From: Candidatus Poribacteria bacterium
Lineage (GTDB): Bacteria > Poribacteria > WGA-4E > PCPOR2b
Assembly: GCA_965116925.1 (NCBI GenBank)
Contig: OZ220744.1
Coordinates: 4,736,001 to 4,800,000, forward strand
Direction: 5' to 3'
Length of the DNA: 64,000 nt
Shown in pieces: positions 29,572-39,184 of the stretch. The notes beneath the pieces are model-generated. The model saw only the letters and a list, made by a program, of their open reading frames with translations, did not search any database and was not told the DNA's origin. Position 1 is the stretch's first letter; the number at the start of each line of letters is the position of its first letter. A program made the position numbers and the translations under genes.

Positions 29572-30474
29572 ATGAAAACTGAATTTCACGGTATATTTCC
29601 GGCGATTATTACGCCGATGACGCCTGAAGGAAGGTTAAACGAAGTCGCTTTTCGCAAAGTCATCGAATTCAACATCCAAGCGGGTGTTCACGGCTTCTGG
29701 GTAGCTGGAGGTACTGGAGAAAGCGTTCTGTTAGAAGACGAAGAGAACAATCGGGTTGCGGAGGTTATTGCAGATCAATCCAACGGTAGAATAAAGAACA
29801 TCATGCACGTCGGTGCGCCGACGACCGCACGGGCTGCCAAGATGGCAGAACATGCCGCCAAGGCTGGCGTTGAGGCGATCTGCTGTGTGCCACCCTTCTT
29901 CTATGGGCGCGACGATGCGGAGATTGTCGAGCATTACCGTATTGTGGCAGCTGCGGCTGACCTGCCCCTGTTTGTCTACAATTTACCCGGTGCCACCGGC
30001 GTAGAAATTACCCCTGCCTTGATGCGGAAAATTCAGGATGGGGTGCCGCAGTTGGCTGGGCTAAAACATTCTGCGGTAACATTCGGTAATGTCCGCGCTT
30101 TTGCCAAGATGGGACTCTTCTGCTTAATCGGAAACAGCCGATTAATGCTGCCTGCCCTGACGATTGGTGCCACAGGCTGCGTAGATGGTCCACCAAACAT
30201 GGCTCCCGAACTTTGGGTAGAGATTTGGAACGCCTACCAAGCTGGAGATTTGGATCGAGCGGAAGCTGCCCAAGACAGGGCTTGTGATGTGGCAGACAGA
30301 GTCATGGCGTGTGGTGGTGGGTTTCACGCTCTCCTCAAGGCAACCCTCAGTGAACGGCTTGGGATCGATTGTGGTCATCCCAGACCTCCCGGATCTCCCT
30401 TGACTGTTGAACAACAGACAGCATTGAGGAAATGTGTCGCTGAACTTGGGTTGACCAATGTCACTGTTTCTTGA
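29572..30474 (+). CDS. DapA/NanA-family aldolase
   Basis: GGTGES, PPFFY, YNLP..TG, GLKHS; GGAGGAG upstream. Confidence 0.9.
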   Translation: MKTEFHGIFPAIITPMTPEGRLNEVAFRKVIEFNIQAGVHGFWVAGGTGESVLLEDEENNRVAEVIADQSNGRIKNIMHVGAPTTARAAKMAEHAAKAGVEAICCVPPFFYGRDDAEIVEHYRIVAAAADLPLFVYNLPGATGVEITPALMRKIQDGVPQLAGLKHSAVTFGNVRAFAKMGLFCLIGNSRLMLPALTIGATGCVDGPPNMAPELWVEIWNAYQAGDLDRAEAAQDRACDVADRVMACGGGFHALLKATLSERLGIDCGHPRPPGSPLTVEQQTALRKCVAELGLTNVTVS

Positions 30475-30618
30475 TGAGATCTGTTCTTGTGTAGAAGGCC
30501 CAGGCAAAAAGAAAGTTAAAGTATGAAAGACGTGAAACGTGATGCGTGAAACGTGAAAACTATTTGCTCACTATTTCATTGGTTCATTCGGTTGCCCTAA
30601 TTTAACAGGAGAGAAGTA

Positions 30619-31809
30619 ATGAAGGTCAATCCAGAACAATTGCGAGACGACGGTTATATCATCTTGCGGGAGGTTATCCCCCCGGAACAACTGGACGATG
30701 TTCGCGCTAGTTTTGAGGTGCTTGTTGAACGTCAAAAGGAGATATGGGCACAGGAAGGCAATCGGAGTGTGTGGGAATCCGGGGCGCAGCCGCGGCTGGT
30801 ACATTTCGAGAACCTCATCAACGAAGAAACCGCCAACACCGTTGAGACATGGATGCACGAAAACACCCTAGGTGTCGGAAGTCAACTGTTGAGTGTCCCC
30901 AACCAAACGGGAATTGCCGGGATGATGTTGATGTGTAGTCCTCAACGTGATCACGGTCCAGCCCACTGGCATCGCGATGTTCATCCCATCGACATGGCAC
31001 CTATGGCAAGTCTGCAAGCGGATTTTTTGGAGAACGGACCCAAGTATGTCCAATGGAACATTCCGCTCTACGACGATGATGTACTTTGGGTGGTGCCCGG
31101 CAGCCATCGTCGTCTCAACACCGAAGCGGAAAACCGTCAACTGCTCGAAAATCCCCGCGTCCCTTTGCCGGGAGGCATCCCCGTCGAATTGAAAGGTGGC
31201 GATGGCGTCGTGTACTCTAACTACATTCTGCATTGGGGGAGCAACTACAGTGCCAAGCTGCGCCGAACAATCCACGGAGGGCACACGATTTTTCCGTATT
31301 ACCCGGACTTAAACTTCACGCAGTTTCTCTCCCCGGAGGCACGACAGACCTTCGAGAATTGGACGCAGGCAAGCAGCCGGATGCAGGACCTCACGGAAGC
31401 AGCGTTGCGAGCGATTTTGAAAAAGGATGCTGAAACATACTACGAAGCAGTGGAGGAGCTTCAGCCCGGTGCAGGTGAGAAGGGCAAAATGGTGCTAGCG
31501 ATATATCTCTCCAAGGCAGCATATCACATCCACATCTTGAAAAGCACCGACTTTGATGAGCTGCCGCCGGAGGTTCGCAGGCGTGCCTCTAGCCCACATT
31601 CGATAAGTATCAACTGGGGGCCCCAGTTCGCCGATCGTTTTTCAAAAGAGGAGGCGGATCTCCTCTGGCAACGGTTCGAGGTGCTCGATACCAGACTCCA
31701 AGCGGAGGAAGAGCTTTTCGTTCCCGGGTTCCAGTCTGGTCCGATGCGATACTTCTTTGAAGAAGAGCCGAGCAACTTTGAGGTCGAAGACTTCATTGCT
31801 AGCTGGTAA
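30619..31809 (+). CDS. PhyH-family dioxygenase with C-terminal extension
   Basis: DDGYIIL, WHRD, VPGSHRR, ILHWG, RRTIH. Confidence 0.82.
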   Translation: MKVNPEQLRDDGYIILREVIPPEQLDDVRASFEVLVERQKEIWAQEGNRSVWESGAQPRLVHFENLINEETANTVETWMHENTLGVGSQLLSVPNQTGIAGMMLMCSPQRDHGPAHWHRDVHPIDMAPMASLQADFLENGPKYVQWNIPLYDDDVLWVVPGSHRRLNTEAENRQLLENPRVPLPGGIPVELKGGDGVVYSNYILHWGSNYSAKLRRTIHGGHTIFPYYPDLNFTQFLSPEARQTFENWTQASSRMQDLTEAALRAILKKDAETYYEAVEELQPGAGEKGKMVLAIYLSKAAYHIHILKSTDFDELPPEVRRRASSPHSISINWGPQFADRFSKEEADLLWQRFEVLDTRLQAEEELFVPGFQSGPMRYFFEEEPSNFEVEDFIASW

Positions 31810-31812
31810 TTA

Positions 31813-31860
31813 TATGGTAGTAGGCACACTCCGTGTGCCGTAACTCTGAAATCTACCATA
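31813..31860. repeat. Short TIR-bounded REP-like element
   Basis: TATGGTAG...CTACCATA enclosing the hairpin GGCACAC-TCC-GTGTGCC. Confidence 0.55.
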
Positions 31861-31878
31861 ATCGTGTAGATCTATGTC

Positions 31879-32628
31879 CTACGGAAACAGGACCCGTCCC
31901 CCGCTAGCGATGACGGTCGAGCCGGTCATGTAGCTGGCGTCTTCGCTGAGTAGGAATGCGATGACATTTGCCATCTCTTCGGGCGTGCCCAGACGTTGCA
32001 GCGGTGTGGTTGAGCGCAGCTGTTCGAGCATCTCTGCCGAGATCTCATAGATCATATCCGTATTAATGGCACCGGGGGCAAGCGAATTAATCCGAATGTT
32101 ATGTTGTGCTAACGGATCGCAGGCAGATTTTGTGAAGGAGATTACGGCCGCCTTTGCCGCTGCATAGGCGAACTGACTGGGACGCGGTGCCAACGCTGCG
32201 ATTGATGAGACATTGACAATTCGCCCAAACTTCTGCTCCACCATCCCGCCCTTGACCGCCCAGATAACATTGAAGTGACCGGTCAGATTAATTGCAATAA
32301 TCCGATCCCAGTGCTCGGGTGTAAGTTGATCAAAATCCATATTGCCGACATCGCCGGCGTTATTCACCAGTAGCTCGATGGGACCGAGTGATGCTGTAGC
32401 TTCCGCTACCATTTCGTTGACCCCAGCACGGTCTGCAATGTCAACCTGAAGGGCGACTGCGCGTCGTCCCAGCGCACGGATCTCTTCGCAAACCGTTTCT
32501 GCCGGTTTTGCTGACCTCACATAATGCACCGCGACATCAGCACCTTCGCCGGCTAGCTTTATCGCCGTTGCCCTGCCAATACCACGACTGGCACCCGTCA
32601 CCAATGCAACTCTTCCCTCAAATCTCAT
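31879..32628 (-). CDS. SDR family oxidoreductase (FabG-like)
   Basis: TGASRGIG, NNAG, YAAAK. Confidence 0.92.
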   Translation of the reverse strand: MRFEGRVALVTGASRGIGRATAIKLAGEGADVAVHYVRSAKPAETVCEEIRALGRRAVALQVDIADRAGVNEMVAEATASLGPIELLVNNAGDVGNMDFDQLTPEHWDRIIAINLTGHFNVIWAVKGGMVEQKFGRIVNVSSIAALAPRPSQFAYAAAKAAVISFTKSACDPLAQHNIRINSLAPGAINTDMIYEISAEMLEQLRSTTPLQRLGTPEEMANVIAFLLSEDASYMTGSTVIASGGRVLFP

Positions 32629-32664
32629 ACAGCAATCTCCTTCTGTGAAATGTGAAAACGATAG

Positions 32665-33831
32665 TTACCCAATGCCTTCAATCGCAGCTTTGACCCATTG
32701 GAGGTTACGTTTGGGCATGATCCCGTAGTTGTAGAAAGATACAGCACGGACGCCGAGCCCTACCACCGCTTTTACGTTTGCGGCAAGCGTCTCGGCGATT
32801 GGACTCGCTGGAGGATAAGCACAGGTCCCAACCCAGACCCGATCCACCTCCCCGTTCATTAGGTCTGCGGCGTCCCTCACAGATGTTTCAACGGATTCTT
32901 GCGACGGGGTGTAGCATAGAATCTCAAACCAATCCGCAATATCCCGAACCCCTTCTGTGTTGAGACCCGAATATCGCCGGTCTCCCATTGCCATTGATGA
33001 AATTGAAGCTTGGGAAACAGATTTAATTTCTGCAATGAGCGAACTCACAACGGATTCGCGCATTTCGAGATACGCACGGATTTCGGGAATTTTATCGCAA
33101 AATTCGTCAAACCCGATCTTGATCGGAGCCCCAGATTCAAAACTGGCTGCGAGTTCCGATTGAACACCGTTTGCAAGGGCGGTAACATCAATTCCCTCCG
33201 CAGTCGCACGCTTGCGACAACTTTCGCAGAAGCACAGCCCAAGCAGGAGTCGATCTGTTTCTCCGAGCGGGATGCCAATTTTCTCATGTCCGTGGTAATG
33301 ACGGCCGCCTTGATAATCGCACGATTCCAGCTCGACGGTGGCAAAATTATAATTCGTCGTCAAGTCCGTTACAACCGCCCGCATATACTCGCGTACATCC
33401 TCATTTGCCGGACAGAGCGCGTGCCAACACGGGTTCCCAAATACATCGTGCTGCGCCACCTCTGGCTGATTTCGTCCAATTGTTGAGTTGTGGAGGCACA
33501 CCGTCCATGATGAGAGTTTCATGCCGTGCCGCTCACAACCGTCGGAGATCCCTCGCAGAGGGTTCATTTCTTCCGCAAGTGGTGACACAGGCGGCTCGAT
33601 TTGGGTGTTCCGATACAGTGATCGATCGGGCTGAAAATAGATCGCTGCCTGCGAGCTATAAAAATTGTTCTCCAAACGATGAACGCGCAAGTGATCGACG
33701 CTATGATAACATGTCGCAACACTGAGTGTGTTCAAGCCAATCTCGTTCTTGAGGGTCGGAATTATCGAATCAACCTCTTCATCGACTATATCCCAAATGT
33801 ATGCCCAGAGACTCAAAATGTCCATATTCAT
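32665..33831 (-). CDS. Hypothetical protein, probable glycoside-hydrolase-like TIM barrel
   Basis: Long ORF with GGAGG; WTVCLHN, LCPAN..VR.Y, LCFCESC, FYNYG. Confidence 0.6.
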   Translation of the reverse strand: MNMDILSLWAYIWDIVDEEVDSIIPTLKNEIGLNTLSVATCYHSVDHLRVHRLENNFYSSQAAIYFQPDRSLYRNTQIEPPVSPLAEEMNPLRGISDGCERHGMKLSSWTVCLHNSTIGRNQPEVAQHDVFGNPCWHALCPANEDVREYMRAVVTDLTTNYNFATVELESCDYQGGRHYHGHEKIGIPLGETDRLLLGLCFCESCRKRATAEGIDVTALANGVQSELAASFESGAPIKIGFDEFCDKIPEIRAYLEMRESVVSSLIAEIKSVSQASISSMAMGDRRYSGLNTEGVRDIADWFEILCYTPSQESVETSVRDAADLMNGEVDRVWVGTCAYPPASPIAETLAANVKAVVGLGVRAVSFYNYGIMPKRNLQWVKAAIEGIG

Positions 33832-33864
33832 TTTGTCCGTTTATCCTCCATAAAAGCATCGTGC

Positions 33865-36291
33865 TTATTGTAGCGGGAACATCTCCAATTGCCCTTTCGC
33901 GGTCGGTACAAAGACCACACATGGTATAATCATCTCTTGTATAGAAACCCCGCCGTGCACATAACGTTTTGCAGAAAGAACTTGCGTACGCCCCGTCGCA
34001 AACCCATAATGTGATATATCTCCGGTAGGTTGCAAGCCGATTTGGTCCGCACTGAAAAAGACAAAGGGCCCTAAATCTGTGTGCGTGGGAGGGTTTGATA
34101 AACCAACGTAGCGTTGATGACGTGACACACCGGAGGACATTTGAAGAGCTTCCTCCGAAAAGCCATGAGAATCTGTCGACTCAATAAAACCACGATCCGA
34201 AATCAGAAAGATGAGTGAATCACTCGGAATCCGCTCAAGATACGGTTGGACCAAGCGTTCAAAGTTGACCTTCATCTCCTCATAAACCGTGGACAGGTTT
34301 TGTGTCGCCCCCTGAAGTTTCTGGTCAATAAACGAAAAATTGAGAACCTTAACAGGAACATCATCTGCCTCAATGAGAGCGAGCATCTCCGCCTGATTGT
34401 TTCCACCGTCATTTATCCATCGGACACCGTGGATTCCGCGTTTTTGAAAAGCGGGTATCAGCGCCTCCTTCCAATCGTTATCCACCTCCCCATTCGGAAA
34501 TTCGCCTGTAAAAATGGCGTATTTATTATATGCTGTCGTCGAAGGTAGAATCGAAACCAACGGAAAAACACCGTCGAGGGCAAGCCGTCCTTGAAACGTA
34601 CTCAACACCTTCGGTTTGATTGCCTCCCACGTATCCCACCGCATCCCATCAAACATGAAAATGTAAGCCGATTGTGATTTTTCTTGAAGGTATTGTTGAT
34701 AGCGAGGTAAAAAAAGCATCTCCAAGAAATCGACTGTCAGTAGTGGCTTATCTCCATTCGAGGATATCCACGTAGGGAAGGATCCCCCAATCCGTTGGGC
34801 AAATTCTATGTTGTATTCATCTACCAATCCCTTGACACGCCCCAAGACCTTACCAATCACGGGGACGGGCAAGAAATCGCATTGGAAGTTAAGCTGCTCC
34901 AATTCAGCTGCCATTAACTCTAACTTTGCGAGATCCGCTAGATATCCCCAACCCGTTACACCCCCGATTTTGTCGGGACAACCCCCCTGCGAAGGGGGGA
35001 AAGATAAGGGAGGGCCTCCCTTCGCCTCTCCCCTTGTCAGGGGGGTCAAAGGGTCCTGATTTTGCTCTTGACTGCGATTCTCCTCAGCCGACCAACGCTT
35101 GCGTTCTACTCTTGCAATTAACTGATTCAACGCAACCAGATCGGCAAATGCCCGGAACAGATCTTTAATCCGTAGGTAGTTTGCGGTATCCGCCTGAAAC
35201 AGATGTCGTCGCTGAATGTTTTCAATAATTTTGCGAATCTCAGCTGCATCCAACGATTCAGGAGAATGGCAGAGCTGCGCCGCAAGCAAACGCAAGGCTT
35301 CACGCACCGGAACGCAAAAGAGGATCTCTTTTTTTACATATTCTATCGTCTTGCTCAGATTAGAAGCATCAAGCCCCACCCACTGCTGGAAGAGTTCCAA
35401 TCGTTGTTGATCTTGGGTCAGCCAGATCTCTGTCTGCCTAATCTGGTCCATGACCCGTTCTGGATCGCTCCGGATGAGTTGAGGGCACGCTCTCCATATC
35501 TCCTCCGGTGGGGTATTGCCATATTTCTTCCAGATCGTATCTCCGAAGAGTTCCGGAAGAAAAAGATCATAGTCCTCATTATGCTGTGCCAATGAATACG
35601 AAGTCCAGAGAAAATGCACAAAATCTGCATCCCCCTCCAACTTGTCCATCAGAGGCAGCGCGGCCCGAACCTTGAGATTGAGCGACTGAAACAGCCGAGG
35701 GTATTTCTCGCCCCACGCAATCAGATCTGTATCTCTCTCCATCCGTTGCCATATCTCTATCGCCTCCCGCACCGATAAATTGCCTCGCAAATCGATATCC
35801 AGCTGCGCCGAAAACAGGAGATTCGTCGCTTCAGCAGGCGTTATAGACGGGGGATAGTTTAAGCGGTATGTCTGAAGCCGTTCAAAAAGCGTCCAGAAAT
35901 CTTCGCCACATAATTGGTTGACCGAATGCGTCCAACTGTATTCCGGCTGGGCAAATTCCAGAATCGATTGCGGCGTCATCTCGACCGATTGACTCCGCAC
36001 AATGTAGTCAAGAATGTGGAGATTCGTCTCATGCGATTGGCGAGAAACAATACAGGCAGCAGGTGCCTCCGGGCTATCTTTGTAACGCTCCAAACTTTGC
36101 CGTATCCGTAGATCGCTCTCGAAAAAGATGACCTCGTATTCACGGTCAAAGAGTTTGAAAGAATGAAGATTTGGGAAGATACATGACGTATCATGGACAA
36201 AGAGCCAAGACTCCGTAATAGGAACGAAATCTGTCAAATAGTCTTCAATCCAAGAACCGTCAATCCAATCTTCTGATCTGTTAGTGGACAT
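33865..36291 (-). CDS. PglZ-domain protein (alkaline phosphatase superfamily), orphan
   Basis: C-terminal FDGMRWD, SILPSTT..K.AIF.G, ISDRGF, YVHGG.S.QEM..P. Confidence 0.78.
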   Translation of the reverse strand: MSTNRSEDWIDGSWIEDYLTDFVPITESWLFVHDTSCIFPNLHSFKLFDREYEVIFFESDLRIRQSLERYKDSPEAPAACIVSRQSHETNLHILDYIVRSQSVEMTPQSILEFAQPEYSWTHSVNQLCGEDFWTLFERLQTYRLNYPPSITPAEATNLLFSAQLDIDLRGNLSVREAIEIWQRMERDTDLIAWGEKYPRLFQSLNLKVRAALPLMDKLEGDADFVHFLWTSYSLAQHNEDYDLFLPELFGDTIWKKYGNTPPEEIWRACPQLIRSDPERVMDQIRQTEIWLTQDQQRLELFQQWVGLDASNLSKTIEYVKKEILFCVPVREALRLLAAQLCHSPESLDAAEIRKIIENIQRRHLFQADTANYLRIKDLFRAFADLVALNQLIARVERKRWSAEENRSQEQNQDPLTPLTRGEAKGGPPLSFPPSQGGCPDKIGGVTGWGYLADLAKLELMAAELEQLNFQCDFLPVPVIGKVLGRVKGLVDEYNIEFAQRIGGSFPTWISSNGDKPLLTVDFLEMLFLPRYQQYLQEKSQSAYIFMFDGMRWDTWEAIKPKVLSTFQGRLALDGVFPLVSILPSTTAYNKYAIFTGEFPNGEVDNDWKEALIPAFQKRGIHGVRWINDGGNNQAEMLALIEADDVPVKVLNFSFIDQKLQGATQNLSTVYEEMKVNFERLVQPYLERIPSDSLIFLISDRGFIESTDSHGFSEEALQMSSGVSRHQRYVGLSNPPTHTDLGPFVFFSADQIGLQPTGDISHYGFATGRTQVLSAKRYVHGGVSIQEMIIPCVVFVPTAKGQLEMFPLQ
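34951..35060. repeat. Palindromic repeat inserted in frame in the PglZ gene
   Basis: CCCGATTTTGTCGGG, CCCCCCT..AGGGGGG, AGGGAGG..CCTCCCT and CCCCTTGTCAGGGG hairpins; related motifs at 23266 and 61884. Confidence 0.75.
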
Positions 36292-36384
36292 GATTTCGAT
36301 ACGCCTCGGTGGGAGTTATACAACAGCTAAAATGCACTTGGCATATTTTACTTGGTTGTTGAAGGGCTGTCAAGATGATTCAAA

Positions 36385-36505
36385 TAGGGTCGTTTAATTC
36401 TCCCATAGCTCGATCCCCCGGTTAAGGCTACGGCGGGGCAAGATGCCCCGCCTACGGATTCGGGTCAACTCGAACGGTCAAAAAGCGAAAAACTAAATGA
36501 CCCTA
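36385..36505. repeat. MITE-like element (TIR TAGGGTC.TTTA), complete copy
   Basis: TAGGGTCGTTTAATT...AACTAAATGACCCTA. Confidence 0.8.
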
Positions 36506-36522
36506 GACTACAAAAATAGGAC

Positions 36523-36551
36523 TTGACCTTGTACGTTCTTTGTAGTAGAAT
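36523..36551 (+). promoter_or_regulatory. Putative sigma70 promoter
   Basis: TTGACC-17nt-TAGAAT. Confidence 0.6.
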
Positions 36552-36686
36552 GCTACTAACACGGATTTGAGACAGGCGCGCCGATTCGGCCAATAGGTGA
36601 TGAGGCCCGCACTGCTTTGATTCGTGGGGTGTTAGAATTACAAACACTTTCACCAACCAAACCCTCCACAATCGAAAGGGAGAACG

Positions 36687-37112
36687 ATGGCGCCAGAACA
36701 ACAAGGAAGAAGAGATCTGGTCGAATATCCGCTAGAAGATAATGTCCGATTGGAAGTCTACTGGCGGGATGACCGCGCCGGGTATGGACCCGCAGCATCT
36801 GTCTTCGCCTATGACCAAGAAATCTTGCGGCTTGACTGCTTTGGCGAGGCAAAAAAACAGGGCGGAACAGGACACTGTCACATCAACCTGAAACAGAACA
36901 GGGCGCGGCAGTGGATGTATCCCGCCGGGCCCGTCAGCGCTCATATTGAGCAAGCGATGCACGATCTCAAGTACAACCTCGGTTTCTGTCTTGCGACAAA
37001 CACCGATGAACGGATTCAGCAGACAACAGTCGATTCCGAAACGCTGGAGCAAGTTGCCGAACAAGCGGAAGCAAAAATGGTTGCATTTATGCAGCAGCTT
37101 GATCTCGACTAA
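36687..37112 (+). CDS. Hypothetical protein
   Basis: 141 aa; GGGAG upstream, terminator downstream; RLDCFG...GHCH motif. Confidence 0.7.
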   Translation: MAPEQQGRRDLVEYPLEDNVRLEVYWRDDRAGYGPAASVFAYDQEILRLDCFGEAKKQGGTGHCHINLKQNRARQWMYPAGPVSAHIEQAMHDLKYNLGFCLATNTDERIQQTTVDSETLEQVAEQAEAKMVAFMQQLDLD

Positions 37113-37130
37113 ACCGCCAAATCCACTATA

Positions 37131-37173
37131 GAAGGGGCTGACACCTCTGTGTGCGGTCCCTTCTTTTTATTTT
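37131..37173 (+). terminator. Intrinsic terminator
   Basis: GAAGGGGCTG...CGGTCCCTTC followed by a T-run. Confidence 0.65.
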
Positions 37174-37314
37174 TGATCGATACCACCCCAACGCGAGATA
37201 ACCATCTCGTGCTAATTTTCTGCTATCACATGAGAGATCCCCATTCAGAAATAGTATCATCTCAACTTTTGTGGCTTCCCTCCTTGAAACGGTTTCAAAC
37301 CCTCGGATAGACCG

Positions 37315-38178
37315 ATGAATTTCATTTCTAACGCTTCTACGATTACGCTGCGGCGGCTATTCATACCCCTATTTTGTATCACCACGTTTTGCTCCTCTCA
37401 CCTTTGGGCAGCCCCATACTGCCGGGATAGCGGCTTGGTAGATATACCGACGGGAAAGGTTATCGAACACGGGATATTTAACCTTGGAACCTATTTTGGC
37501 TTCCGTAACGAGGGCGAATTGCCACGCGACGAAGCTGCACTCCAACTCGATTTTGGACTTTTCGACCGCGTTGAGATCGGTTTGACAAGTGTTCGGCACA
37601 ACCAACAGAGTTTTTTATTGGGAAATCTCAAAGTGCTGCTGCTGCGCGAGGCGGGAGTTGTCCCCAACGTCGCAGTCGGACTGGAAAATATTGGCGACAG
37701 TATTGAGGACGGACTAAACGATATTGAACGCTACGAGCGCAAATCGGCGTTTCTCGCGATCAGCAAGCAGTTCACCTTACCAAGTATCCATCATATCACC
37801 GGACATATCGGTATTGGGAATCGTCGTTTTGTCGAAGATATCGGCATGAGCGCGGTATTGAACGGCGTGTTCTTCGGTATCAGTAAAGATTTTCACCCCG
37901 CCTTCGCAAGGGGCGGTCTGACTTTCAGCGTTGAGGTTGATGGCAGAGGTGTTAATACGGGACTTCGCCATACCGCAGATAACGGTTTGCAAGTTTATCT
38001 CGCTGCGGAGGCGTTGAACGCGCCGGCGACGGATGGAAAGGAGATCCGGTATTTGGCTGGTGTTTCTTGGACGAACCGCGCATTGATGAAGCGGGTCGAA
38101 GAAGCCAAACGCTTGGCAAAACAAGCCGGGCGGCTTGCAAGTCAGGCGAAGAAAACGGTCAAAGAAAACAACAAATAA
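37315..38178 (+). CDS. Exported YjbH-like beta-barrel protein
   Basis: Signal-peptide-like N-terminus, SGLVDIPT, FGLFDRVEIG, amphipathic beta strands. Confidence 0.6.
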   Translation: MNFISNASTITLRRLFIPLFCITTFCSSHLWAAPYCRDSGLVDIPTGKVIEHGIFNLGTYFGFRNEGELPRDEAALQLDFGLFDRVEIGLTSVRHNQQSFLLGNLKVLLLREAGVVPNVAVGLENIGDSIEDGLNDIERYERKSAFLAISKQFTLPSIHHITGHIGIGNRRFVEDIGMSAVLNGVFFGISKDFHPAFARGGLTFSVEVDGRGVNTGLRHTADNGLQVYLAAEALNAPATDGKEIRYLAGVSWTNRALMKRVEEAKRLAKQAGRLASQAKKTVKENNK

Positions 38179-38209
38179 TACCAATGAGTATGGAAAGGAA
38201 CGGTAAGCT

Positions 38210-38455
38210 ATGCTGACGAATTATATCCAAGCAGCTATGCGTAAAGCACACTATGAAATATTACCTGATGGGGAAGGTTATTTTGGCAGCATTCCCGATC
38301 TTCAGGGAGTTTGGGCAAATGCGGATACGCTGGAGGCTTGTAGAGAGGAATTACGAGAGGTTTTAGAAGAATGGATTTTAATCGGTTTGAAAATGGGACA
38401 CTCCATTCCACAGATTGATGGCATTGAATTGAATGTTAAAGAGGACGCTGCCTGA
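38210..38455 (+). CDS. hicB: HicB-family antitoxin
   Basis: YFGSIPDLQGVWANADTLE...L.EVLEEW. Confidence 0.85.
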   Translation: MLTNYIQAAMRKAHYEILPDGEGYFGSIPDLQGVWANADTLEACREELREVLEEWILIGLKMGHSIPQIDGIELNVKEDAA

Positions 38456-38673
38456 TGCCAACATTTGGCCCAATTAAACGCAGAGAGTTGATTAACTACT
38501 TGCGACAGGCTGGATTTAGTGGTCCTTATTCAGGGAGTAAACATCAATTTATGATCAAAGGACATCTAAGAGTTAGCATTCCTAATCCACATAAGGGTGA
38601 CATAGGGAGAAACCTGCTCAGACGGATTCTCAGGGAAGCAGAAATTGATAGAGAAGAATGGGAAAACCTTTAA
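38455..38673 (+). CDS. hicA: HicA-family toxin
   Basis: L...GF, GSKH.FM, IPNPH.GDI...LL.RIL; TGATG coupling. Confidence 0.88.
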   Translation: MPTFGPIKRRELINYLRQAGFSGPYSGSKHQFMIKGHLRVSIPNPHKGDIGRNLLRRILREAEIDREEWENL

Positions 38674-38704
38674 GCCTGCCTTGTGTCGAACTGTCCTGCG
38701 ATAG

Positions 38705-38836
38705 GGTAAGGTGGACACTGAGATGTTACGTTGGGCGAACCTACTTGCTGATTTCGCTTTCTATTGCGGCACCGGCTATAAAACGACGATGGGGATGGGC
38801 CAAACACGACGCCAAGAATCTCGATCACAAAATTGA
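38705..38836 (+). pseudogene. cas6: C-terminal fragment of CRISPR endoribonuclease Cas6
   Basis: Untracked frame reads GKVDTEMLRWANLLADFAFYCGTGYKTTMGMGQTRR, the Cas6 Gly-rich loop; preceded by an in-frame TAG. Confidence 0.75.
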
Positions 38837-39184
38837 CATTAAATCAACATCAAGTGCCTCAGCAAGCACCTTCAACGTTTTGACAGAGCCGGATTTTCGT
38901 CCTGTCTCAATTTCTGCCAAATATGCACGTTGAATGCCCACTTTATCCGCAAGTCGCTTCTGTGTCAGCCCTCGGTATTCGCGGTATACTTTGATAGGGT
39001 TCTCATCATTGAGAATCAGCCGATTAATCACTTCGGCGGGGAAGGTTTCTTCATCAACGGCTTTCGCGCCGCGAAAATCACGAATGTCTCTTAACATCTC
39101 CAGATCCGCGAGAAGCTGGTTATACTGCTCCATCGGGACAAGGACAAATTTCTGACTGTTTCTTTCAACTGTTTCAAAGTTCAT
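38825..39184 (-). CDS. XRE-family HTH antitoxin-like regulator
   Basis: FVLVP.EQY, NPIKVYREYRGLTQ..LA..VGI...YL.EIE.G. Confidence 0.85.
   Translation of the reverse strand: MNFETVERNSQKFVLVPMEQYNQLLADLEMLRDIRDFRGAKAVDEETFPAEVINRLILNDENPIKVYREYRGLTQKRLADKVGIQRAYLAEIETGRKSGSVKTLKVLAEALDVDLMSIL

Noticed and set aside
33865..36291. Complete BREX system
   Set aside because: No brxC, pglX, brxA/B or brxL nearby; the MTase at 24774 belongs with its adjacent endonuclease.
36596..36650. Fluoride riboswitch, from GGTGATGAGGCCCGC
   Set aside because: The 3' pseudoknot partner (GATGGCCTCTAC-like) is absent and the downstream gene is not a fluoride exporter.
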